Source: Aeromonas salmonicida subsp. salmonicida
GTDB lineage: Bacteria; Pseudomonadota; Gammaproteobacteria; Enterobacterales; Aeromonadaceae
Assembly: GCF_001643305.1 (NCBI RefSeq)
Contig: NZ_LSGW01000056.1
Location: 9,231-33,230 of the forward strand
Direction: 5' to 3'
DNA length: 24,000 nucleotides
A program made the translations under genes and the position numbers. This document shows, piece by piece, positions 1 to 6,740 of the stretch (position 1 is the first letter of the stretch; every line of letters starts with the position of its first letter). Below the pieces are notes generated by a model that was given only the letters and a program-made list of their open reading frames with translations, was not told the DNA's origin and made no database searches.

Positions 1-989
1 CAGCCCCGGCCGCCGCGCTGGGTGAGGCCACTGTCACCCACTTCGGCAGCCTGCCATTCCTGTTCAAGGTGCTGTGCGCCGAGAAGGCCCTCTCCATCCA
101 GGTGCACCCGAGCAAGGCCCAGGCCGAAGCTGGCTTTGCCAAAGAAGAAGCCGCTGGCATCCCCATCAAGGCGGGCAATCGCAACTACAAAGACCCCAAT
201 CACAAGCCGGAGCTGGTGTTTGCCCTCACCGCCTATCAGGCGATGAACGGCTTTCGCGCCATTCCCGCCATCCTGGCGCTGTTCGAGCGGGTCAAGCTGG
301 CGGCCATCGCCGATCTGGTCGCGGCCTTTGCCGCCAACCAGAACGAAGCGGGCCTGCAGCACTTCTTCCACAAGCTGCTGATTTTACAAGGTGCGCGCAA
401 GGAAGACGCCCTGACGGGCCTGCTGACCTATGCCAGCGCGCATCAGGATGAGGAGACCTTTGCCCTCATCACCAACCTGGCCGCCCAGTACCCGGGGGAC
501 GTGGGGCTCTTCTCGCCGCTCTTGCTCAACGTGGTGACCTTGCAGCCGGGTCAGGCCATGTTCCTCGATGCCTGCACCCCCCACGCCTATGTGCGCGGCA
601 CTGGCCTCGAGATCATGGCCAACTCGGACAACGTGCTGCGCGCCGGTCTCACCCCCAAATACATAGACGTGGCAGAGCTGTTGGATTGTACTCGCTGCCT
701 GCCCAAGCCGGATGACCAGATCCTGCTTGCCCCCCGCGTGGAAGGGGCAGTGCAGCACTTCGATGAGCCGGTACCGGACTTCACCTTCAGCGTCTATCCG
801 GCAGGCGAGCATGGGCTCACCACCGCCAGCGCCGAGATCCTGTTTGCCATCGATGGCACAGTGACGCTCAAGCAGGGCGACGAGACGCTGCGCCTCGAGA
901 AGGGCCAGTCCGCCTTTGTCCCCGCCGCCACCGGCCACTACCAGCTGCTGGCCGAAGGCCGGGTCGCCCGCGCCGGCAACCGCTGCTAA
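1..989 (+). CDS. manA: Mannose-6-phosphate isomerase, class I (N-terminus lies upstream of the window)
   Basis: The frame is open from the window edge (codon phase starts at nt 3) to TAA at 987-989. The translation ..GSLPFLFKVLCAEKALSIQVHPSKAQAEAGF..NYKDPNHKPELVFALT..MANSDNVLRAGLTPKYIDV.. matches the hallmark type I PMI motifs I know from E. coli ManA. A strong terminator follows. Confidence 0.9.
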   Translation, partial: APAAALGEATVTHFGSLPFLFKVLCAEKALSIQVHPSKAQAEAGFAKEEAAGIPIKAGNRNYKDPNHKPELVFALTAYQAMNGFRAIPAILALFERVKLAAIADLVAAFAANQNEAGLQHFFHKLLILQGARKEDALTGLLTYASAHQDEETFALITNLAAQYPGDVGLFSPLLLNVVTLQPGQAMFLDACTPHAYVRGTGLEIMANSDNVLRAGLTPKYIDVAELLDCTRCLPKPDDQILLAPRVEGAVQHFDEPVPDFTFSVYPAGEHGLTTASAEILFAIDGTVTLKQGDETLRLEKGQSAFVPAATGHYQLLAEGRVARAGNRC

Positions 990-1028
990 GGCGTGAACCC
1001 GGCACGGGTTCAATGACTGAATAAACGC

Positions 1029-1066
1029 ACAAGGGCCATCACTGATGGCCCTTGTTGTTTTTCTTT
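1029..1066 (+). terminator. Rho-independent terminator of manA
   Basis: Perfect 12-bp stem ACAAGGGCCATC (1029-1040) / GATGGCCCTTGT (1044-1055) with a 3-nt loop, followed by TGTTTTTCTTT. Confidence 0.75.
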
Positions 1067-1120
1067 GGAAATCATCTCCACCGTTAGTCTGCCCTTGATG
1101 GCGCATACCGCCTGGCTAAT

Positions 1121-1152
1121 AAAAACCCCACAGCCCTTGCGGGTGGCGGGGG
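1121..1152 (-). terminator. Rho-independent terminator for the minus-strand small ORF
   Basis: The minus strand reads CCCCCGCCACCC-GCAA-GGGCTGTGGGG followed by TTTTTATTAG. This is a GC-rich imperfect hairpin plus a U-run, 66 nt downstream of the stop of the 1218..1373 ORF. Confidence 0.55.
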
Positions 1153-1217
1153 TTGTTCTTTTCTGCTTGATGACGATGACAACTGGCGTGGCTATCGGCC
1201 AGTGGCCGGATCAGGGG

Positions 1218-1373
1218 CTACTCTTCAACCTCTTCCTCTTCCGGTTGCCGTTCCCCTGCCCGTATCTGTTGCAGTTCATCGACTCTGACTTGCCACTTGT
1301 CGTGGGCCTGCTTGAGCTCCTGTTGCTTGAGCTCTTCACTCATGGCGTCGATCTTCTGGTCAAGTGTTTCCAT
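1218..1373 (-). CDS. Small (51 aa) acidic coiled-coil protein, function unknown; too short to appear in the ORF track
   Basis: ATG (complement of 1371-1373) is preceded by AAGGAG with 8-nt spacing (minus strand ..gatgtAAGGAGacattctgATG). Translation: METLDQKIDAMSEELKQQELKQAHDKWQVRVDELQQIRAGERQPEEEEVEE, stop TAG (complement of 1218-1220). It shows heptad-like charge periodicity and has its own downstream terminator. It is antisense to the unconvincing 142-aa plus-strand ORF 1065..1493. Confidence 0.5.
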   Translation of the reverse strand: METLDQKIDAMSEELKQQELKQAHDKWQVRVDELQQIRAGERQPEEEEVEE

Positions 1374-2081
1374 CAGAATGTCTCCTTACATCATTGGGTT
1401 AGCATGACAAGGTTAAGACTGGCTGACGGCGCTATTGGCCAACCTGCTCACTTAGTCAGACACCCCGATCCCCATAACCACCCAACGAAATAAACGATTG
1501 ATTATCTATAAACCAATCTAAAAAATGGGTGATAGCTTCTTGTGAGGCCATGCGGCCCACGCTCCCCAAGCCGGAAGAGGACCATTCTGCCCACCCGGAT
1601 TGTGCTGCAATATCAAGGGGCTATGCATATACCCAAGGAGGCCAATCCCCTGCGACGGCTTATGCCTGGTCTCCTTTCCTTGCCCCAGTTTGCCAGTACA
1701 GACATAGGCAGCAAAAGAAGATCCCCCTCCCCGGCAGCACTTTTGCCAAACGGCTCACATTCAAGAGGCGGTTAAAGGGTTCAACACCCCCTCCCGACCT
1801 CCCCTTTTGCAAGAGGGGGGAACCGCGGTTCCTCTTGCCCCTCATTCCAGAAAAAAACTCAAGCATTTGTTTTTAAACACATTTAAATCCATTCAGTTCA
1901 GCGCTCACCTGACAATCAAAGTGCGAGCCTGCTCACAGGGCTGGGGCATTGACACAAAAATCCAGTAAAGGGCACATATATCCGATTTCGGTGACATGGC
2001 TTGGGCGAAACAATAGGCGGGTCAATCGTTTGCTCCATTCGTTACTCATATCACCAGGGCTCGCAGAGCCAGGAGACACCT

Positions 2082-3500
2082 ATGCTCACCACCTTGATAG
2101 ATGAAGGGCTGATCTGCCTCGACATAGCGGCCAACGACAAGCAGGGACTGTTTGTCGAACTGGCCGCCCGCCTCAAAGCCTGCGGCAAGATAGGCAATCA
2201 GGATCAGTTCGTGCGCGACCTCTGGGCGCGGGAAAACCTCGACAACACGGGTTTTGAACAGGGAGTTGCCCTGCCCCACGCCAAGAGCGAAGCCGTGTTG
2301 CAACCTGCCATCGTCATCGGCATCAGCCGGCAGGGGATCGACTACGGCGCCGAAGATGGGCTGGCCTCCAAACTGTTCTTCATGATTGCCTCCCCGGCGG
2401 GCGGCGCCAACCACCATATCGAGGTGCTGGCCGAGCTCTCCACCAAGCTGCTGGAGCCCGGCTTTATCCCCCGGATGCAGGCGGCCACCAGCAAGACCGA
2501 GGTGCTGTCACTGCTGGCGGCCACGGTGCCTGTCGGCGTAGCCGGCAAGCAACCGGTGCGCGCCGAGGCAACAGCTCAACCGAGAGCAAATGCACCTGAA
2601 TCCCAGGATCGCAGCATCAAGGCCCAGCTCAATACCCTCAAGCAGCACCTGCTGTTTGGCACCTCCCACATGATCCCCTTCATAGTGGCGGGGGGCGTGC
2701 TGCTGTCACTCTCCGTGATGATGAGCGGCAAGGGCGCCGTGCCCGAGGCGGGCGTGCTCAAGGACATGGCGGACATGGGGATAGCGGGGCTCACCCTCTT
2801 TACCGCCGTGCTCGGCGGCTACATTGCCTATTCAATGGCGGACAAGCCGGGTCTGGCGCCGGGCATGATCGGCTCCTGGATAGCAGTGCAGCAGTTCCAC
2901 ACCGGTTTTCTCGGCGCCATCCTGGTGGGCTTTATCGCCGGCCTCATCGTCAATCAGCTCAAACGCATCAAGCTACCGGACTCCATGAGTTCGCTCGGCT
3001 CCATTTTCATCTACCCCCTCATCGGTACCTTCCTGGTGTGCGGCATAGTGATGTGGGTGATAGGGGCGCCCATCGCCGCCATGATGGAGGGGATGAACCA
3101 CTGGCTCTCCAGCATGGCGGGCTCCGGCAAGGTGATGCTCGGTGCCATCTTGGGCGGCATGACCGCCTTTGACATGGGCGGCCCGGTCAACAAGGTAGCG
3201 ACCCTGTTCGCCCAGACCCAGGTCAACACCCAGCCCTGGCTGATGGGCGGGGTCGGTATCGCCATCTGCGTGCCACCGCTCGGCATGGCGCTGGCGACCC
3301 TGCTCTCACCGCGTCGCTACAAGAAGGAAGAGCGTGAAGCGGGCAAGGCGGCCGCTATCATGGGCATGATAGGCATCAGCGAGGGGGCCATTCCCTTTGC
3401 CGCCGCCGACCCGGTGCGCGTCATTCCGGCCATAGTCGCAGGCGGCATCGTCGGCAACATCACAGGCTTCATGATGCACAGCATCAACCATGCCCCTTGA
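2082..3500 (+). CDS. PTS fragment A: EIIA type-2 domain plus most of the fructose-family EIIC (ends at the internal TGA)
   Basis: Same evidence as the whole-span entry. This is the product expected if TGA 3498-3500 terminates translation. Confidence 0.65.
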   Translation: MLTTLIDEGLICLDIAANDKQGLFVELAARLKACGKIGNQDQFVRDLWARENLDNTGFEQGVALPHAKSEAVLQPAIVIGISRQGIDYGAEDGLASKLFFMIASPAGGANHHIEVLAELSTKLLEPGFIPRMQAATSKTEVLSLLAATVPVGVAGKQPVRAEATAQPRANAPESQDRSIKAQLNTLKQHLLFGTSHMIPFIVAGGVLLSLSVMMSGKGAVPEAGVLKDMADMGIAGLTLFTAVLGGYIAYSMADKPGLAPGMIGSWIAVQQFHTGFLGAILVGFIAGLIVNQLKRIKLPDSMSSLGSIFIYPLIGTFLVCGIVMWVIGAPIAAMMEGMNHWLSSMAGSGKVMLGAILGGMTAFDMGGPVNKVATLFAQTQVNTQPWLMGGVGIAICVPPLGMALATLLSPRRYKKEEREAGKAAAIMGMIGISEGAIPFAAADPVRVIPAIVAGGIVGNITGFMMHSINHAP

Positions 3501-3512
3501 GGTGGCTGGATA

Positions 3513-3989
3513 GTGCTACCTGTGGTGGAAGGCAAGATGGGTTATATCCTGGGAACCCTGCTCGGCGCTCTGACCACGGCCCTTATCGTCAACCTGCTGA
3601 AAAAGCCGGTGACCGAAGATGAGACAGTGACAACCAACGATAGCGGCTATCAGATCATCGAAGCGGAAGGGGAAGCGGACGTGCTCGCCATCACCGCCTG
3701 CCCCTCAGGGGTGGCCCACACCTTCCTCGCCGCCAAGAGCCTGCAAAAGGCGGCCGCCAAGGCCGGGATCAAGTTGAAAGTAGAGACCCAGGGCGCCAAC
3801 GGCATCATCAACCGCATCAGCGCCAAGGACGTAGCCAATGCTCGCTGCGTCATCCTGGCCCACGATGTGGCCATCAAGAACCGGGAGCGCTTCGCCAATA
3901 TCGAGGTTATCGATGTGAAGACCAGGGAGGCCATCCACAACCCGGAAGGGCTGCTGGCTCGCACTCTAACGGGCAGCAAGGTAGCCTGA
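3513..3989 (+). CDS. PTS fragment B: last EIIC transmembrane segment plus the EIIB type-2 domain
   Basis: ORF-track piece starting at GTG 3513. An alternative start is ATG 3537, preceded by GGAAGG. It contains the ACPSGVAHT phospho-cysteine motif. Independent translation is unproven. Confidence 0.5.
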   Translation: MLPVVEGKMGYILGTLLGALTTALIVNLLKKPVTEDETVTTNDSGYQIIEAEGEADVLAITACPSGVAHTFLAAKSLQKAAAKAGIKLKVETQGANGIINRISAKDVANARCVILAHDVAIKNRERFANIEVIDVKTREAIHNPEGLLARTLTGSKVA

Positions 3990-4018
3990 CGAGGCTGGAT
4001 TAGCCACGCAGATATAAC

Positions 4019-4041
4019 AAAGGGGCCGCGAGGCCCCTTTT
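4019..4041 (+). terminator. Rho-independent terminator of the PTS gene
   Basis: AAAGGGGCC-GCGA-GGCCCCTTTT, 30 nt after the stop at 3989. Confidence 0.8.
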
Positions 4042-4256
4042 GGCTTGCTGATGCGCCTCCCCGCTGACGAGACGCCCTGATCTCCTCTTGGCGCCGCCGA
4101 TACGACCGGGCAACAGCAGAGCATCCGCTGTCTTGCGATCATATTGGCGATTGACCGGCAACCTGCCCGGCTGTTGGCGATCGACCCAGGTGGGGATGGC
4201 AGCCCCCTTGCCGACTCGCTAACATACTGATCCATCCTTCCATTCGGAGCCCCTGC

Positions 4257-4547
4257 ATGGACCTGCTCTTACTGTTTGGCCTGCTCGCCATGGGAGCAAC
4301 ACTCTATGCCATGCGTTTCTGGGACCGGCGGCATGCCCATCCCGACTGGCAACGGCTGCCTACCCGCGCCGAGTACCTTAGCACCCACCCCGAGTGCACC
4401 ACCGACGATGCACTGGGAGCCCGCTGCTGTGCCTGCGGCTCGGACAAGGTACTGGGTCACCCCCAGACCGGCTGGTACGACAACCGCTTTCGCCATATCT
4501 GCCTCGCCTGCGGCAAGGTGCTGTATCGTACCGAAGAACCCCGTTGA
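4257..4547 (+). CDS. Small membrane-anchored zinc-ribbon protein (96 aa), uncharacterised
   Basis: GGAG lies 8-10 nt upstream of ATG 4257. It has an N-terminal TM helix (MDLLLLFGLLAMGATLYAMRFW), then a soluble part with two Cys pairs (..RCCACGSD.. and ..HICLACGKVLYR..) typical of a 4-Cys zinc ribbon. Codon usage is host-like. I recognise no family. Confidence 0.6.
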   Translation: MDLLLLFGLLAMGATLYAMRFWDRRHAHPDWQRLPTRAEYLSTHPECTTDDALGARCCACGSDKVLGHPQTGWYDNRFRHICLACGKVLYRTEEPR

Positions 4548-4647
4548 ATAACCCTAAACCCTCGTCCTCTCTTCATTGATATGGCACGAACTGGAACTCA
4601 TGAATAGATGAACACAACCCAACTCACTTGAGACAGGGAGTCGTCAC

Positions 4648-5430
4648 ATGGAGATAGATTTAACCGCCTTGAAGCGGAAATGGCTTAAGAAACATCTACA
4701 AGAGCTGCGGGCTTCAAAGGACGAGGATCAAGAAAAAGGAGGCATGCTGGGATTTGTCGGCATTCTATGCGCTCTAATCCCCTTGCTGACGGCAACTGTG
4801 TACTTTGTGGGAATGCGCTATTACCAAGGTTACCTGGGGCAATTCAGCCTGGAGTCAACTGAGTTTTCTCCACCCGCAGATGTCACTCTCTTCCACGGAT
4901 TCGTTCTACTACTCAAGCTGTTTTTACCTTGCGTACTTCCTCTGGTTATGACCGTGGGGATACTGTTCGTCATACTCTCAGTCCTATTTTTCAAGGTTAA
5001 GTGGCGACTGACGCTTTCTTGGTGGGCGATCCGTTTTTTTGCTCTACAACCGATCGTGCTGAAGGGAGGAGAAATTGCTCACAACTATCCAGCACCTTTT
5101 ACTTTTAATTGCTTGATTTGGTTAAAAAGCGCCTATCTAAAATTTGCACTTTTTATTCTTCCTCTCCTGCTGGTTGTTTGGGCATCCGAATACACCAAAC
5201 CAATGGGAGAAGAGGAGGCCAATCTCCAAATCACCCACCTCGAACAAGGCAACTGGCCGCTAACCGAGGCCCATAGCCAATCCCCTCTGCTGGGGGATGA
5301 ACCCCATATCCGCATCGCCTGCAACAACTCCCACTGCGCCTACCGCCTCAAGGACGGCGATACCCTGATCCTGCGCTTCGATCAGATAGAGCAGACCCGT
5401 TACAAGCCTGAAAAAGCGGCCTCGAAATAA
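4648..5430 (+). CDS. Multi-pass membrane protein (260 aa), uncharacterised; composition is mosaic
   Basis: GGGAG lies 8 nt upstream of ATG 4648. It has a charged N-terminus (..KRKWLKKHLQELRASKDEDQEKGG), at least four hydrophobic segments and a C-terminal soluble ~70 aa. The 5' ~550 nt are far more AT-rich than the rest of the window, while the last ~230 nt are host-like. A terminator follows. Confidence 0.65.
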   Translation: MEIDLTALKRKWLKKHLQELRASKDEDQEKGGMLGFVGILCALIPLLTATVYFVGMRYYQGYLGQFSLESTEFSPPADVTLFHGFVLLLKLFLPCVLPLVMTVGILFVILSVLFFKVKWRLTLSWWAIRFFALQPIVLKGGEIAHNYPAPFTFNCLIWLKSAYLKFALFILPLLLVVWASEYTKPMGEEEANLQITHLEQGNWPLTEAHSQSPLLGDEPHIRIACNNSHCAYRLKDGDTLILRFDQIEQTRYKPEKAASK

Positions 5431-5431
5431 C

Positions 5432-5455
5432 AACCGCCGCCCGAGGGCGGCGGTT
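5432..5455. terminator. Hairpin terminator shared by the convergent genes 4648..5430 (+) and malY (-)
   Basis: AACCGCCGCCC..GGGCGGCGGTT sits exactly between the two stop codons (5430 and 5458). Confidence 0.65.
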
Positions 5456-5457
5456 CT

Positions 5458-6654
5458 CTATCCGGCAAGCAGATCCTGCAGCGCGCCTATCAGGGCATCG
5501 AGTCCCTGCTCTACCTTCGATCGCGGGCAGCCGACGTTGAGGCGGAGATAGCCTGTGCCTTCGGGGCCATAGGTGTCGCCGCGCATGATGGCGACCCGGT
5601 ATTTCTCCACCAGCAAGGTTTGCAGCGCATCCATCCGCTCGGTCGAGTCGATGCCGAGGCCGCTTAAGTCAATCCAGGCAAGGTAGGTCCCTTCGGGCGC
5701 CCGATAGTCAATGGCGGGGAAGGCGGCGTTGAGCCGCGCCGCCACCTGGGTGAGGTTGCCGTGCAGATAGGATTTGAGCGCATCGAGCCAGGCACCTCCA
5801 TCCCGATAGGCGCTGATATGGGCCAGCACCCCGAGAATGGGCGGCGAAGATAGCCCATGTGCCGCCTTGAGCCGCTGCAGATAGGCTGCCCGCGCATCTG
5901 CGTTGGGAATAAAGGCGTAGGCGCCGCCAAGGGCAGGGATATTGAAGGATTTGGAGCCCGAGCTCACCAGCGCCCAGCTATCGTCCTGCGCTACTTCGCT
6001 CCACGGCAGATAGCGGGCAAAACTCACATCCATATGGATGTCGTCCGAGATCACCTTGACTCCGTGGCGCTGGCAGATGGCGGCCATCCGGCTCAATTCG
6101 TCCCGCGTCCAGACCCGGCCGGTGGGGTTGTGAGGGCTGCACAGAAGCAAAATCCGGCAATCGGAGCGGGCCGCCTGTTGCTCGAAACATTGCCAGTCGA
6201 TCTGATAACTCCCCTGCTCTTTTTTAAGCGGACAAGGCAGCAGCACCCTGTCGTTGGCGGCCAGCATATTGCCGAAGGCGTCGTAGGCGGGGGTATGTAC
6301 CAGCACCCCCTCACCCGGCGCCGACCAGAGGCTCACCAGCTGGGCAATCACATAGATGACCGAGGGGCCGTAGACCAGGGTTTCGGAGTCGAGCTGCGCA
6401 CCGTAGCGGCGGGCAAACCAGTCGCTCACCGCCCCCTTGAAGTCATCGTGATTCCAGCGGCTGTAGCCAAAGACCCCGTGTTCGAGCCGGGTTACCAACG
6501 TCTGGCAAATGCAGGGGGCGGTCGCGAAATCCATGTCGGAGATGGTAAAAGGAAGCAGGTCGGCATGGCCAAAGCGGTCGGCTACATAGTCCCACTGGGT
6601 GCAGTAGGTGCCGTGGCGGTCGACCACGCGGTCGAAGTCATCAATATTGCGCAT
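5458..6654 (-). CDS. malY: PLP-dependent C-S lyase / cystathionine beta-lyase of the MalY type
   Basis: Near-collinear similarity to E. coli MalY as I recall it (FDRVVDRHGTYCTQWDYVADRFG..DLLPFTISDMDFATAPCI.., ..SGSKSFNIPALGGAY.., ..LRLNVGCPRSK..). I place the start at ATG (complement of 6652-6654), which has GGAG 8 nt upstream and aligns with the E. coli N-terminus. The ORF-track start at 6732 looks over-extended. Confidence 0.9.
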   Translation of the reverse strand: MRNIDDFDRVVDRHGTYCTQWDYVADRFGHADLLPFTISDMDFATAPCICQTLVTRLEHGVFGYSRWNHDDFKGAVSDWFARRYGAQLDSETLVYGPSVIYVIAQLVSLWSAPGEGVLVHTPAYDAFGNMLAANDRVLLPCPLKKEQGSYQIDWQCFEQQAARSDCRILLLCSPHNPTGRVWTRDELSRMAAICQRHGVKVISDDIHMDVSFARYLPWSEVAQDDSWALVSSGSKSFNIPALGGAYAFIPNADARAAYLQRLKAAHGLSSPPILGVLAHISAYRDGGAWLDALKSYLHGNLTQVAARLNAAFPAIDYRAPEGTYLAWIDLSGLGIDSTERMDALQTLLVEKYRVAIMRGDTYGPEGTGYLRLNVGCPRSKVEQGLDALIGALQDLLAG

Positions 6655-6702
6655 GAAGTTTCTCCATCCATAAACAGGAGACATATTTGGAGAGGCAAAT
6701 AA

Positions 6703-6718
6703 GGGGGCTTGCGCCCCC
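6703..6718 (-). terminator. Intercistronic hairpin between malX and malY (possible attenuator or mRNA-stabilising structure)
   Basis: The minus strand reads GGGGGC-GCAA-GCCCCC followed by TTATTTG, inside the 86-nt malX-malY spacer. Confidence 0.35.
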
Positions 6719-6740
6719 CGTTCGGATTTCATTGGCCGGT

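Larger units (their letters stand above)
2082..3989 (+). pseudogene. Fructose-family PTS permease, EIIA-EIIC-EIIB fusion (probably mannose/fructose-type given the manA neighbour), interrupted by one in-frame TGA
   Basis: ATG 2082 is preceded by AGGAGA (2071-2076). The first ~150 aa are an EIIA type-2 domain (..GFEQGVALPHAKSEAV..KLFFMIASP..). The middle is a multi-TM fructose-type EIIC (..FDMGGPVNKVA..ISEGAIPFAAADP..). The C-terminus is an EIIB type-2 domain with the active-site Cys motif (..AITACPSGVAHTFLAAKSL..). The ORF-track pieces 2001..3500 and 3513..3989 are in the same frame and are separated only by TGA 3498-3500 (..SINHAP*GGWIVLPVV..). Confidence 0.75.

Noticed and set aside
1065-1493. 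142-aa plus-strand ORF between manA and the PTS gene.
   Set aside because: It has no SD, starts inside the manA terminator tail and has an implausible sequence. The opposite strand carries a better-supported small ORF with an SD and a terminator.
1456-1551. 31-aa minus-strand ORF (MASQEAITHFLDWFIDNQSFISLGGYGDRGV) with GGGGAG about 10 nt upstream.
   Set aside because: It is too short and has no supporting feature beyond a distant SD-like run. It cannot be distinguished from chance without conservation data.
1529-1876. Track ORFs 1529..1876 (+), 1542..1775 (+) and 1660..1866 (-).
   Set aside because: They are mutually overlapping, Pro/Arg/Ser-rich, and have no SD at usable spacing (AAGGAGG at 1635-1641 is 19 nt from the nearest ATG). 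I treat the region as non-coding.
1493-2028. 10-nt inverted match AAACGATTGA (1493-1502) / TCAATCGTTT (2019-2028) as possible terminal inverted repeats of an inserted element.
   Set aside because: The flanks do not extend the match, and 10-mer matches are expected many times by chance in 24 kb on both strands.
3498-3560. Selenocysteine reading of the in-frame TGA in the PTS gene.
   Set aside because: I could not find a SECIS-like stem-loop in the ~60 nt downstream of the TGA. A PTS EIIC loop is also not a redox site where Sec would be expected.
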